Below, piece after piece: positions 39,436-50,202 of a stretch of 64,000 nucleotides of DNA. A program made the translations under genes and the position numbers. Position 1 is the stretch's first letter. Each line of letters starts with the position of its first letter. The notes under the pieces are model-generated. The model was not told the origin of the DNA. It made no database searches and saw only the letters and a program-made list of their open reading frames with translations. Source of the stretch: Bacillales bacterium UBA4100 (lineage in GTDB: Bacteria; Bacillota; Bacilli; Paenibacillales; UBA4045); NCBI GenBank assembly GCA_002383285.1, contig DFXU01000002.1:3-64002 (forward strand). The letters run 5' to 3'.

Positions 39436-40737
39436 TTGTTGACGAATCATCAAATTGAAGAGCAAGCAGCTTATATTGTAAAGAAGCTAAGCAATCATCA
39501 ATATGCAGCTTATTGGGTTGGTGGGTTTGTTAGAGACCGTCTACTTGGTCGTGCAACACACGACATAGATATTGCGACGTCAGCTAAGCCAGAGCAGGTT
39601 ATGTCTTTGTTTGAACGTTGTAAGCCAACTGGTCTCCAGCACGGTACGGTATTGGTCATTGTAGAAGGTACACCCTTCGAGGTAACTACATTCCGGCAGG
39701 AAACGAGCTATGAGAATTATCGTCGACCCGCTGAGGTTACCTTTATTCAAGATATAGAAGGTGATTTAAGCCGTAGAGATTTTACGATGAATGCAATGGC
39801 CATTGATCAAGATGGTGTATTAATTGATCCCTTCGGAGGTCAAGACGATCTTCGAAAGGGTATTCTTCGTTGTGTAGGAGACCCATACCTACGGTTTGGT
39901 GAGGATGCATTGCGTATGATGAGATGCATTCGATTCGCTGCTGAATACCATCTAACGATTGAGGAAGTGACATGGAACGCTTTGTTGACACAGGCGCCCT
40001 TGTTATCACACATTGCAATGGAACGCATCAGAATTGAGCTCGAACGAATTGTGATGGGTAGCGATTGTGGTCGTGGTCTACATCTATTTGTTGATAGCGG
40101 CTTATTCCGACATTTCAAATCAGCAATTCATCTTAACTTTGAGCTAGTGAGCAATATGAAGCAAGATGAATTGACGATATGGCTCTCACGCCTAGCGGAG
40201 CCAAGTACACGCTTTGCATTGTTGTTCCTAATACTTGGGACAAGCTCAGAAGAGGCTTTAGCAGCGATGCGAATACTTACGTTTGCAAATCAGAGGTTTA
40301 CAGAAACCAGTGACATCTTGTTATTCCATGAATGGTTCATGCATGAAATGGATAGCATGGTTGAGAGCTCAGAGTTGGTTCGGATATTGACAATAGGAAG
40401 CTTGAGATTTGGAATACATATATCCAGATTATGGCTGCATCTTATTATTGAAGTCAACGAGCTGATGATCGAGATGTTTCAATATCGTGCTGAGTGGCTA
40501 CAACTGGCATCACAAGGTGAGAATTGGTTGCTCAAGCTTCCCGTTACTCGCTTGCAGGATATGAACATCAACGGTGCTGAATTGCTCAAGCTGGGCTTTA
40601 AGCCAGGTCCACAAATTGGACAGCTGTTGAATGCTCTATTAGAGGAAGTTGCATTAGGGATAATTGAGAATGATAAGAATCAGCTTAAGCATAGGGCAGA
40701 TCAGCTTAAGGTTGGGAAGAGTGGACATTATGAATGA
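39436..40737 (+). CDS. cca: CCA-adding tRNA nucleotidyltransferase
   Basis: GGFVRDRLLG...DIDIAT polymerase-beta-type motif. TTG start. Confidence 0.9.
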   Translation: MLTNHQIEEQAAYIVKKLSNHQYAAYWVGGFVRDRLLGRATHDIDIATSAKPEQVMSLFERCKPTGLQHGTVLVIVEGTPFEVTTFRQETSYENYRRPAEVTFIQDIEGDLSRRDFTMNAMAIDQDGVLIDPFGGQDDLRKGILRCVGDPYLRFGEDALRMMRCIRFAAEYHLTIEEVTWNALLTQAPLLSHIAMERIRIELERIVMGSDCGRGLHLFVDSGLFRHFKSAIHLNFELVSNMKQDELTIWLSRLAEPSTRFALLFLILGTSSEEALAAMRILTFANQRFTETSDILLFHEWFMHEMDSMVESSELVRILTIGSLRFGIHISRLWLHLIIEVNELMIEMFQYRAEWLQLASQGENWLLKLPVTRLQDMNINGAELLKLGFKPGPQIGQLLNALLEEVALGIIENDKNQLKHRADQLKVGKSGHYE

Positions 40738-41695
40738 CTTGATCATACAGCACTTCGCAAGTAAGCCAGAACAATATATATCTGGAGAGCAATTAAGTCA
40801 ATCTCTTCAATGTTCAAGAACGGCAGTTTGGAAGCATATTCAAGAGCTGAGAAAGCTGGGCTATCGATTTGAATCAAGTCCTCGCAAAGGATATAAGCTC
40901 ATACAGAAGCCAGAAGTGCTTCGTGCGGTTGAGCTAATACCGGCATGTAATTCTAGCTCGCTAGGACATCATATTCATCTCTACGATCAGCTTGAGTCAA
41001 CGCAGACTGAAGCACATCGCCTCGTATCTACTGGTGCTGGTCATGGAACATTGGTTGTTGCTGAGCAGCAAACCTCTGGTCGAGGACGAATGGGACGTTC
41101 TTGGCACTCGCCAGCAGGTCTGGGAATATGGATGAGTCTCATTGTTACACCACAAATCACGCTAACATTTGCACCGCAAATCACTCTCCTAACTGCAGTA
41201 GCGCTCTGCAGGACGATCAGGAAAGTCGTCCAGGTGGATGTAGGTATAAAGTGGCCGAATGATTTGTTGATTGGTAATAAGAAGATCAGCGGAATTCTAG
41301 TAGAATCAAGTGGAGAGGATGAGCGTATCCGATACATGGTCATTGGTGTTGGTATCAGCTGTAATCTTCGCACCGAGGATTACCCGCTTGAACTCCGAGA
41401 TAAAGCAACTTCACTCTATATCGAATCCGGTAAAGTTGTCGATCGAACGAAGCTGATCGCAGCTTTTCTGCATCAATTTGAAGAATTGTATGATTTGTAC
41501 TTAGAGCAGGGATTCGCGCCTATCCGTACGCTATGGGAATCGTTAACGGTATCCCTTCATAAGCCGATTACGCTAACGAATAGCCAAGGGCGGATTGAAG
41601 GAAAGATGTTAGGTATAGATGATATGGGCGCTCTGATTGTTCAACAGTTGGATGGAAGTGAAGTTCATATTTATTCTGGCGAAACGAATATATAG
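40730..41695 (+). CDS. birA: Bifunctional biotin-[acetyl-CoA-carboxylase] ligase / repressor
   Basis: ATG 40730 overlaps the cca end by 8 nt; the track start 40664 lies inside cca. N-terminal HTH, GRGRMGRSW and KWPNDL motifs. Confidence 0.93.
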   Translation: MNDLIIQHFASKPEQYISGEQLSQSLQCSRTAVWKHIQELRKLGYRFESSPRKGYKLIQKPEVLRAVELIPACNSSSLGHHIHLYDQLESTQTEAHRLVSTGAGHGTLVVAEQQTSGRGRMGRSWHSPAGLGIWMSLIVTPQITLTFAPQITLLTAVALCRTIRKVVQVDVGIKWPNDLLIGNKKISGILVESSGEDERIRYMVIGVGISCNLRTEDYPLELRDKATSLYIESGKVVDRTKLIAAFLHQFEELYDLYLEQGFAPIRTLWESLTVSLHKPITLTNSQGRIEGKMLGIDDMGALIVQQLDGSEVHIYSGETNI

Positions 41696-41797
41696 TTTTT
41701 ATTGTCAAGGTTTGTTATAATAACGATATGAGGCGATATCTAATTTCCCGAATCGCACTCCACATGTAATAATGCTTCATACAACCACATAGTTCAT

Positions 41798-41893
41798 GGA
41801 TTCTGCTCTGAGCCGTAAGGACCGAGACAGATAATCAAACAACATAAACGAATTCAAGTAGAATCCTTCTAGCTATGCGCTGAGGGATTTTTT
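41798..41893 (+). promoter_or_regulatory. Structured panB leader with hairpin, antiterminator and terminator
   Basis: Bulged hairpin capped by a GTAA tetraloop (41803-41830). GGATTCT (41798-41804) is complementary to AGAATCC (41860-41866), which overlaps the terminator 5' arm. Confidence 0.45.
41862..41893 (+). terminator. Intrinsic terminator inside the panB leader
   Basis: AATCCTTC/GAGGGATT 8-bp stem (one G:U) followed by T6, 60 nt before the panB ATG. Confidence 0.6.
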
Positions 41894-41954
41894 ATATGGT
41901 TAATCATTAACGTCGTGAATTATCTCCATCTACTCTCGAAGGGAGATCCGCAAT

Positions 41955-42809
41955 ATGGATGCTCAAAAACCGGTCAGCACAGTTAGTCTAAAGAAAATGA
42001 AACGTGATGGAATACCAATAGCGGTTATCACTGCCTATGACTACCCTTCAGCAAAGCACGCTGATGAGGCAGGCGCTGATGTCATCCTTGTAGGTGATTC
42101 ATTGGGGAATGTTGTACTTGGTTATGATTCGACACTCCCAGTTACTCTAGATGATATGGTTTATCATACGAAAGCTGTTACTCGTGCTGTACGTCGAAGC
42201 TTTGTAGTAACAGATATGCCATTTCTTACCTACCACGGCAATATTGATGGTACATTACGGAATGCTGCACGACTTATGCAGGAAGGCTTATCGAAAGCAA
42301 TTAAGATGGAGGGCGGTCAAGATATTATCCCTGCGATAGACGCATGCGTTAAGGCTGGTATACCTGTAATGGGTCATCTCGGGTTGACTCCCCAATCGAT
42401 ACATCAGCTTGGAGGATATATGATTCAAGGGAAGACAGAGCTAAAGGCCCAGCGATTAATCGATGATGCCAAGCGATTAGAGGATGCCGGAGCGTTCTCC
42501 ATTGTACTCGAGCTGGTTCCCGAGTCATTAGCTGCACATATCTCAGAGCAGTTAACTATACCAACGATAGGCATAGGAGCTGGAAGAGGCTGTGACGGTC
42601 AAGTATTAGTATTCCACGATGTTCTGAATTATGGCGACCCTCATCCGAAGAAATTTGTCAAAGCCTTCGCGAATATCGGACAACAAATTCATCAGGGCAT
42701 CTCCGAATATGTTCGCGAGGTGAAAGCGAGAACCTTTCCTGATGAGAATCATGTATTCCAGATAGAGGATCAAGAGGTTAGACAGCTTTATGGCTCTAAG
42801 GATTCTTAG
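41955..42809 (+). CDS. panB: 3-methyl-2-oxobutanoate hydroxymethyltransferase
   Basis: 284 aa with TAYDYPSA...LVGDSLGNVVLGY motif. Confidence 0.96.
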   Translation: MDAQKPVSTVSLKKMKRDGIPIAVITAYDYPSAKHADEAGADVILVGDSLGNVVLGYDSTLPVTLDDMVYHTKAVTRAVRRSFVVTDMPFLTYHGNIDGTLRNAARLMQEGLSKAIKMEGGQDIIPAIDACVKAGIPVMGHLGLTPQSIHQLGGYMIQGKTELKAQRLIDDAKRLEDAGAFSIVLELVPESLAAHISEQLTIPTIGIGAGRGCDGQVLVFHDVLNYGDPHPKKFVKAFANIGQQIHQGISEYVREVKARTFPDENHVFQIEDQEVRQLYGSKDS

Positions 42810-42863
42810 TAATTTTTATTAGGAAGAGAATTTATACAACTAACATGTAAGGGGTGATGAAGG

Positions 42864-43799
42864 ATGCAAGTATTCCAGCAGATCATAGATCTACAAGAAG
42901 CAATCCGTGCATTCCGAGCCAAGACTAGCACCGACCATACAATCTCCGTCGGATTAGTTCCTACGATGGGGTATTTGCATGCAGGACACGAAAGCTTACT
43001 TAAGCGGGCTCGTAGTCAGAATGATCTTGTCGTATTAAGTATCTTCGTAAATCCGTTACAATTCGGTCCAAGCGAGGACTTTGATACTTATCCACGAGAT
43101 ACGAAGAGGGATTTAGAGCTAGCTGAGCGAGTAAAGGCTGACATGGTTTTCCTACCAGCTGTAGAAGAGATGTATCCTCAATATCCATTGGCGACGAAGA
43201 TTTCAATTGGCGATATATCGTCTAGACTCTGTGGTGCCTCACGACCAGGACACTTCGATGGAGTTGCAACTGTTGTCTCCAAGCTATTCCATATTGTCCA
43301 GCCAGATCAAGCATACTTCGGGCAGAAGGATATTCAACAGATTGCTGTTATTGAGCAGATGGTACAGGATTTGAATATGTCAGTTCAGATTATTCCGTGC
43401 CCGACGTTGCGTGAACCCGATGGCTTAGCACTTAGCTCACGGAATGTCTACCTTAATCCTGAAGAACGATCACAAGCGGTTATCTTATCGAAAGCTTTAG
43501 GTAAGGTGGACGGTTGGTTAAGAGATGTATCCAGCTTAACTACAGAGCAGCTAGAGGAGCGTTTAGCTATAGAAATAATGACGGCTCCGCTGGCAAATCT
43601 TGAATATGCGAGCATTCTCGCTTATCCTACTCTGCAATCATTCAGACATGACGTTCCTATCCATCAGCTGGGAAGCTTGCAAGGTCATCAGCGAGCTGTT
43701 GTTGCATTAGCAGTCAAATTTGGTAAAACCCGTTTGATAGACAATCGAATAATTACACTAGGAGGTGCTTCACATGTTAAGAACAATGATGAAATCTAA
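42864..43799 (+). CDS. panC: Pantoate-beta-alanine ligase
   Basis: 311 aa with [13 protein letters not shown] (HIGH-like) motif. Confidence 0.96.
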   Translation: MQVFQQIIDLQEAIRAFRAKTSTDHTISVGLVPTMGYLHAGHESLLKRARSQNDLVVLSIFVNPLQFGPSEDFDTYPRDTKRDLELAERVKADMVFLPAVEEMYPQYPLATKISIGDISSRLCGASRPGHFDGVATVVSKLFHIVQPDQAYFGQKDIQQIAVIEQMVQDLNMSVQIIPCPTLREPDGLALSSRNVYLNPEERSQAVILSKALGKVDGWLRDVSSLTTEQLEERLAIEIMTAPLANLEYASILAYPTLQSFRHDVPIHQLGSLQGHQRAVVALAVKFGKTRLIDNRIITLGGASHVKNNDEI

Positions 43800-44157
43800 A
43801 CTTCACCGTGCAACGGTAACTGAAGCTAACTTGAACTATGTTGGCAGTATCACAATTGATCAGGATTTAATGGAGCTGATTGATGTTTATGAGAATGAGA
43901 AGGTTCAGATCGTAGACAATAATAACGGTTCAAGATTCGAAACCTATGTCATTCCAGGACCAAGAGGGTCCGGTGTAATCTGCCTTAATGGTGCTGCTGC
44001 TCGGCTTGTTCAGGTTGGTGACAAAATCATTATTATTTCTTATGGTATGATGACAAGTGAAGACGCTCGTAATTATAAGCCGTTAATTGCTATTCTCGAT
44101 GAGAATAATCAAGTGGTTCATACAACGAAGGAAGAACCACACTCCACGATATTATAA
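43774..44157 (+). CDS. panD: Aspartate 1-decarboxylase
   Basis: ATG 43774 lies 8 nt after [35 protein letters not shown] matches PanD, including the G-S self-cleavage site. Confidence 0.96.
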   Translation: MLRTMMKSKLHRATVTEANLNYVGSITIDQDLMELIDVYENEKVQIVDNNNGSRFETYVIPGPRGSGVICLNGAAARLVQVGDKIIIISYGMMTSEDARNYKPLIAILDENNQVVHTTKEEPHSTIL

Positions 44158-47106
44158 TTGCGTTCGCAGGTGTTATTCATAGAGGAGTTGAACCACATTA
44201 TACGCAAATATGCAGTTCTCGACTTCGAAACGACTGGAGCTGAATCCCATGATAGGATCATTCAAGTCGGACTCGCAATCGTCGAGAATGGAGAAATCAT
44301 ACAATCATACTCGTCTTTCGTGCGCCCCGGAATTCCGATTCCAGAGGTCATTACTCGATTGACGGGTATTGATGATACCATGGTTGAACATGCACCAGAG
44401 CTTGATGATGTACTGATCGAGATGCTACCATTGATTAATGACTCGACTCTCATCGCTCATAACGCCATGTTCGATCTCGGCTTCCTTCAGAGAGGGCTTC
44501 TAGAGTCCGGATATGAGCCGTTTAACGGTAGGGTTCTGGATACGCTTCACTTTCTACGCTTTCTATACCCTGGATTGTCAAGCTTACAGCTAGGTCGGGT
44601 ATGTCAAGCCTTAAGAATTCCGCACGAACGGCATCATCAAGCAGATAGTGATGCAGAGGCAACTGCAAACTTATGGATTCATTGTCTAGAACGTATGCAG
44701 AAGCTGCCATATCTCACTATTCAACGTCTAGCAGGCATATTCAGTGTAGCGCCGATGTTCGAGGACGTAGTATGGTTTCTTCAAGAGCTTGAGCGGGACA
44801 TGCAAATTCATAATGATATTACTAATGGCTCTGACCAATATTATCGTCAGCTCCATCTTAAGGTTAATGATTGGAATGAAGAAGAGGATAAATTGCCTCA
44901 TGCAATACCTGCTTCATACGCCGAGGGAGAGGGAGACTTTCTCGATTTCTACGACCAATTCAAACCATTGCTACAGAAGAAATTCAAGCGGTTCGAGCAG
45001 CGAGAAGGACAAGAACAGATGATTCATGAGGTTCACAGGGCATTCTCTGATGCTCAGCATCTTATGATCGAGGCGGGTACCGGTACTGGTAAATCACTAG
45101 GGTATTTAATTCCATCCGTTTATTATAGTGTTCTGAATGAAGAGAAGGTTGTCATAAGCACTCATACGATTAATTTACAGGAGCAAATTCGTCAACGAGA
45201 TATTCCACTGCTACAGGAATTATTCCCATTCCCATTCAAAGCGGCCGTTCTCAAAGGAAGAAGTCATTATCTATGCTTACGTAAATTCGAGAATAAATTA
45301 AACGCCTCTGATTATGAACATCCCAAGGAGGATCCTCTAACTGCAGCTCAGATGGTTGTGTGGTTAGGTGAGACGAATCACGGGGATGAGGAGGAAATAC
45401 ACTTTGCCAATAAGGGTAAGGACTTCTGGCGCTCAGTTGAGAGTGACACAGATTCCTGTCTGAATCGAGCATGTCCTTGGTTTAAAAAATGCTTCTACCA
45501 TCGTGCAAGACACGAAGCCAATGTAGCAGATATCGTCATTACGAATCATTCCTTATTATTCACCGATGTGAAAGCCGAGAACCGCATTCTCCCAGCATAT
45601 CGTAATCTGGTCATTGATGAGGCTCATCAATTCGAAGAAACAGCGAGTAAGCATCTAGGTCTTGATGTTGGATATTACACAGTGGTTAAGGCGCTGACAT
45701 GGCTGTATAAGGACAATAGAAGCGGTATGCTGCCACAGCTCATCTTTCGCCTACAGCTTCAAGAGGAGGATGCAAGTCGGGAGGCAGCGGCTCAGCTAGA
45801 AACACTCATACCGGAAGTCATCAAGGTTAGAGAAGAGTGGGATCAATTAACGGAGCGATTGTATAGCCTATTAAGCGAGAGTGGAGACGCTTCTTCTGAA
45901 GTAGGGCAGCATGTGTTAAGGCTGAAGAAGGATTCACTTCCTGCAGGGTGGAATGAAGTGCGTACGATAGAAGACAACATATACGTTCGTATTACAGATG
46001 TATTAAAGCAGCTAGAACAAATCGCTGGTGAATTGAAGGACAATCAGGACAAATATGATGTACAGAGCCTGCTCACGGACATGAACGGTTCTATGAAGGA
46101 CCTATTCCGGCTTCGAGACTCCATTCGGTTCATACTTCACTGTGAGGATAAAGAAGAGCCCTTTGTATTCTGGCTAGAGGCCCACCCTTATTATCGGAGT
46201 AAGTCACTTCAGTTGATTGGAGTTCCGATTGATGTGAGTCCATTATTGCAAAATTACTTTTTTGAGAATAAGGATAGTGTGGTTATGACTTCAGCTACGC
46301 TATCCGTAGAGAAATCATTCCAATATGCTTGCGATCAACTGGGTTTACAATCGTCACTAGATACTGATAAGCTAAGAACTGTACAGCTACCATCTGCCTT
46401 TAATTATCGGGAGCAGGCGCTGGTATGTGTTCCTCGCGATTTTCCAAGTGTAAAGGGTAGCTCTGATCCTGTGTTCCTGCAAGCATTATCTAAGTCATTA
46501 ACGGAAGTTGCAATACAGACTAAAGGTCGAATGCTAGTCCTATTCACCTCACATCGGATGCTTAAGCAAATTTATGAGCTGATCCGAGAGCCATTAGCCG
46601 ATCAAGGCATTCAACTATTAGGGCAAGGTATGGACAGTACAAGCCGTAGTAAGCTGATCCATCTGTTCCAAGAGCAGACAGCAAGTGTGTTACTCGGGAC
46701 CAGCAGCTTCTGGGAAGGGGTAGATATCCCTGGACAAGCCTTAAGCTGTTTAGCGATCGTAAGATTACCCTTTCAGCCACCGAATCATCCACTAGTTGAA
46801 GCCAAGAATGACGCGATTAAGCGAAAGAATAAAAATCCATTCATGAGATTATCTGTTCCACAAGCTGTAATCCGCTTCAAACAAGGCTTCGGACGCTTAG
46901 TGAGAACTTCACAGGATAGAGGCATTGTTATCATATATGATACCCGAGTTATCGATACTGCCTATGGAAAATATTTCCTATACTCTTTACCTGGACCCAA
47001 AATTGAACATCTACCAACAGATCAATTAGTGCCTAGAATTGACGAATGGATGAAGCAAGATACAGGAGTAGACATTAGCGAGCGTGAAGGGGAGATAACA
47101 CATTGA
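44158..47106 (+). CDS. dinG: DinG-family ATP-dependent helicase with N-terminal DEDD 3'-5' exonuclease domain
   Basis: AVLDFETTG exo motif, GTGKS Walker A and a DEAH box (VIDEAHQ). Start is uncertain: TTG 44158, GTG 44170 and TTG 44188 all lack a usable SD. Confidence 0.88.
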   Translation: MRSQVLFIEELNHIIRKYAVLDFETTGAESHDRIIQVGLAIVENGEIIQSYSSFVRPGIPIPEVITRLTGIDDTMVEHAPELDDVLIEMLPLINDSTLIAHNAMFDLGFLQRGLLESGYEPFNGRVLDTLHFLRFLYPGLSSLQLGRVCQALRIPHERHHQADSDAEATANLWIHCLERMQKLPYLTIQRLAGIFSVAPMFEDVVWFLQELERDMQIHNDITNGSDQYYRQLHLKVNDWNEEEDKLPHAIPASYAEGEGDFLDFYDQFKPLLQKKFKRFEQREGQEQMIHEVHRAFSDAQHLMIEAGTGTGKSLGYLIPSVYYSVLNEEKVVISTHTINLQEQIRQRDIPLLQELFPFPFKAAVLKGRSHYLCLRKFENKLNASDYEHPKEDPLTAAQMVVWLGETNHGDEEEIHFANKGKDFWRSVESDTDSCLNRACPWFKKCFYHRARHEANVADIVITNHSLLFTDVKAENRILPAYRNLVIDEAHQFEETASKHLGLDVGYYTVVKALTWLYKDNRSGMLPQLIFRLQLQEEDASREAAAQLETLIPEVIKVREEWDQLTERLYSLLSESGDASSEVGQHVLRLKKDSLPAGWNEVRTIEDNIYVRITDVLKQLEQIAGELKDNQDKYDVQSLLTDMNGSMKDLFRLRDSIRFILHCEDKEEPFVFWLEAHPYYRSKSLQLIGVPIDVSPLLQNYFFENKDSVVMTSATLSVEKSFQYACDQLGLQSSLDTDKLRTVQLPSAFNYREQALVCVPRDFPSVKGSSDPVFLQALSKSLTEVAIQTKGRMLVLFTSHRMLKQIYELIREPLADQGIQLLGQGMDSTSRSKLIHLFQEQTASVLLGTSSFWEGVDIPGQALSCLAIVRLPFQPPNHPLVEAKNDAIKRKNKNPFMRLSVPQAVIRFKQGFGRLVRTSQDRGIVIIYDTRVIDTAYGKYFLYSLPGPKIEHLPTDQLVPRIDEWMKQDTGVDISEREGEITH

Positions 47107-47726
47107 ATAAAACATTGAAAATATCCGATGCTGTTGTAAGAAGATTACCCGTGTACTTAAGATACCTCGATGAGCTTAGTATGAAGAATGTGCAAACTGT
47201 TTCCTCACAGGATCTGGGTATCAAGTTAGATTTGAATCCCGCTCAAATTCGCAAGGATTTGGCTTACTTTGGTGAATTTGGTAAGAAGGGGATAGGCTAT
47301 GACGTCAATTATTTGATAGAGAAAATAAGGCAGATTTTAAAAATTGATAAGCTTATTAATGTTGCTCTTGTAGGCGCTGGTAATTTGGGGCATGCTTTGT
47401 GTAATTATAATGCATACTTAAAGGATCATATGAAAATTTGTGCAGTGTTCGACGCAGCTCCCTCAAAGATCGGTGAGAAAATTCATAATATTACAGTCCA
47501 ACCGGTGCAGGAGTTGTCTGAAACGATAAAGGACAAGGAGATACGGATTGGTATTATTACCGTTCCTGCACAAGAAGCGCAGCAAGTGGCCAATCTGTTT
47601 GTCGAAGCTGGAGTTGAAGCGATTCTTAACTTTGCTCCAGCAATCATTAAGGTGCCTGCAGAGATTCGGGTGCACAATGCGGATTTTACAACTGAGCTAC
47701 AGAGCTTAGCATACTTCTTGGATTAA
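47103..47726 (+). CDS. rex: Redox-sensing transcriptional repressor Rex
   Basis: 207 aa. VVRRLPVYLRYL winged helix and GAGNLG Rossmann motif. TTG start after AAGGGGAG, overlapping the dinG stop. Confidence 0.93.
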   Translation: MNKTLKISDAVVRRLPVYLRYLDELSMKNVQTVSSQDLGIKLDLNPAQIRKDLAYFGEFGKKGIGYDVNYLIEKIRQILKIDKLINVALVGAGNLGHALCNYNAYLKDHMKICAVFDAAPSKIGEKIHNITVQPVQELSETIKDKEIRIGIITVPAQEAQQVANLFVEAGVEAILNFAPAIIKVPAEIRVHNADFTTELQSLAYFLD

Positions 47727-47777
47727 TTTTTTGCGAATTAAGAATTTAATGTATTTTTTGAAGGGATGTATGATGAG

Positions 47778-49076
47778 ATGGCAAAAACCTTAATTACGAA
47801 TGGCACGTTCGTAACCATGGATGATGAATTACCGATTGTTGTGAATGGTTCTATGATGATGGATAACGATGTAATAACATATATAGGTGTAAACAAGGCT
47901 GAGCTGAGAGATCTTGCGGATATCATTATTGACGGGACTGGCCGTTGTTATCTGCCAGGAATCGTAAATACACATGGTCATGCAGCAATGTCGTTGCTTC
48001 GAGGCTATGCAGATGACTTAAACTTACAGGTCTGGCTTGAACAGAAGATGTGGCCAATGGAAGGAAAGTTTACCAAGGAGGACGTTCGAGCAGGTACGAT
48101 GCTGTCCATTGCTGAGATGATTCGTAGTGGAACAACAAGCTTCGTCGATATGTACGATAAGATGGATGAGGTAGGAGCGGCAGTAGAGGAAACAGGCATG
48201 CGCGCTTGCCTGACAAGGGGGATCATCGGATATCCGGTAGAATTACAGCAGGCAAAGCTGAAGGAAGCTACCGACTTTGCTAGAAATTGGCATCGTACAG
48301 CGGGTGGACGGATCACGACCATGATGTCGCCGCACGCACCTTATACATGTCCGCCAGACTTTATTGAGAAGGTCGTCGATGCGGCTACACAATTAAATTT
48401 ACCGATACATACACATATGTCTGAAACGCAAAAGGAAGTGGATTTGAATGTTCAGAGCTACGGCGTTCGCCCGGTAGAGCATCTATTGAAGCTTGGAGTG
48501 TTCAGTCGTCCTTGTTTGTTAGCGCATGCTGTACATCTGACGGATGAAGAAATCGCAATTCTTGCAAGCCAGCATGTTCATGTGTCCCATAACCCAGTTA
48601 GCAACCTTAAGCTTGCAAGCGGTGTTGCAAGGCTCGTTAAGCTTCGCCAAGCGGGGGTCCTTGTTTCATTAGGCACAGATAGCTCTGCAAGTAATAATAA
48701 TCTAGACATGTTCGAGGAAATTCGCTTAACTGCATTAATTCATAAGGGTGTGTCTGGTGACCCAACTGCCATTCCAGCTCTTGATGCTCTGAAGATGGGA
48801 ACGATTGATGGAGCTCGATCTATCTGGCTGGACCATGTAGGCATGCTCCGTGCTGGCTACAAAGCAGACTTTATCGCAGTCGATATGGATCAACCGCACT
48901 TTGTCCCAAGGACAGATATGGTTTCGCATCTGGTCTATAGTGCATCAGGTTCAGATGTGACAGATGTATGTATTGATGGTCAATGGGTAATGAGAAAGAA
49001 GGAATTATTGACCTTGGATTTGGAGCGTGTGATGTTCGATGCTGAGAGGAGCTTCCAGGGGCTATTAGAGAGATGA
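47778..49076 (+). CDS. mtaD: 5-methylthioadenosine/S-adenosylhomocysteine deaminase (amidohydrolase)
   Basis: NTHGHAAMSLLRGYADD metal motif with HxH. The start could also be ATG 47766. Confidence 0.85.
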   Translation: MAKTLITNGTFVTMDDELPIVVNGSMMMDNDVITYIGVNKAELRDLADIIIDGTGRCYLPGIVNTHGHAAMSLLRGYADDLNLQVWLEQKMWPMEGKFTKEDVRAGTMLSIAEMIRSGTTSFVDMYDKMDEVGAAVEETGMRACLTRGIIGYPVELQQAKLKEATDFARNWHRTAGGRITTMMSPHAPYTCPPDFIEKVVDAATQLNLPIHTHMSETQKEVDLNVQSYGVRPVEHLLKLGVFSRPCLLAHAVHLTDEEIAILASQHVHVSHNPVSNLKLASGVARLVKLRQAGVLVSLGTDSSASNNNLDMFEEIRLTALIHKGVSGDPTAIPALDALKMGTIDGARSIWLDHVGMLRAGYKADFIAVDMDQPHFVPRTDMVSHLVYSASGSDVTDVCIDGQWVMRKKELLTLDLERVMFDAERSFQGLLER

Positions 49077-49558
49077 GAAAGTCGATATGGATCACAGGTG
49101 GGATATTAGCCTGCTTCATTATCTTGATGCTGTGGTTTTATTACACAGCCAAGGACGGATTTGCAGAAGCTGAGAATGAAGCAATCGAATGGGCTCTTGA
49201 ATTAACGGCATTGATAGAGGTAGATCATGTAGAATTCTTCGCTGGCGAAACGAATTATACCGTTGTGTTCGGGAATAATAGTGAAGGTGAGAAATTAGTA
49301 GTTTGGGTTGGTGATGAAATTATACATGAGGAGAAAGCGTCCGATGGAGTTTCTAAATCGACCATTCGTCAGCAGGTTATTGAACGACATGGATCTGTCT
49401 CTTTCGTGCGCACGACTCCAGGTAGACTTGGAGAGTTATGGGTATGGGAAGTGTTCTATAAGAAGCAAGAGAGTGATGGAATGCGGCATTATTATGATTA
49501 TTATAAATTCACGGACGGTGAGTGGGTAGACACATATAGGCTAAACCTGGAAGAATAG
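49073..49558 (+). CDS. ypmB: YpmB/TseB-like membrane-anchored PepSY-type protein
   Basis: 161 aa with an N-terminal TM. Same length and position as B. subtilis ypmB. Confidence 0.6.
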   Translation: MRKSIWITGGILACFIILMLWFYYTAKDGFAEAENEAIEWALELTALIEVDHVEFFAGETNYTVVFGNNSEGEKLVVWVGDEIIHEEKASDGVSKSTIRQQVIERHGSVSFVRTTPGRLGELWVWEVFYKKQESDGMRHYYDYYKFTDGEWVDTYRLNLEE

Positions 49559-49662
49559 CAGATTGACTCGTGCACTGCCATTCTTTACATCAACGAATCG
49601 TATATACCCTGTGCTATACTGTAATATATCAATTATGATGTATAGAGAGGGGAGCCATATAT

Positions 49663-50202
49663 ATGAAGTTACGTCCAGTACCTATAATTTCGGCAATTCT
49701 AATAAGCTCTGTGCTTCTCTTTGGAGGATGGTTCGTATATCAGAATACTGCAATAAAGGCTCCAATTGAAGAGCTTATTCAGGGTATTCCTGGTATTGTA
49801 AAAACGGATATTCAATTAGATCGAAACACAGTTAATCTTACGCTTGAGTTAGCAGATGACGCTGAATTACGTTCGATATATGAGCAGATAAACACGAAGA
49901 GTAAGTCAGTTTCGGGTAATAGAAGCGTTACGATTGATCTAGAGAGTCAATCATCTGCTCAGTTAGACAACTGGTGGTCAGAAGCCTTATTCCCAGTAGC
50001 ACAAGCTATGGAAAACCGTCAATATGCCGATATTCCATCTAGCCTTAATGCGCTTGCAGCAGGAATCAACGGGCTAAAGGTCCAAACTGAGATCGATGCT
50101 AAGAATGTTTATATTCACTTGAGTGATGGTACGGATCATAAGTATATTGTATTGCCACGCACGCCTATTGAATTGGGGGTGTGGAACAATGAGTCGGTAT
50201 AA
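49663..50202 (+). CDS. Hypothetical membrane-anchored protein
   Basis: 179 aa with one N-terminal TM. GAGGGGA SD. The 3' end overlaps the next gene by 14 nt. Confidence 0.55.
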   Translation: MKLRPVPIISAILISSVLLFGGWFVYQNTAIKAPIEELIQGIPGIVKTDIQLDRNTVNLTLELADDAELRSIYEQINTKSKSVSGNRSVTIDLESQSSAQLDNWWSEALFPVAQAMENRQYADIPSSLNALAAGINGLKVQTEIDAKNVYIHLSDGTDHKYIVLPRTPIELGVWNNESV

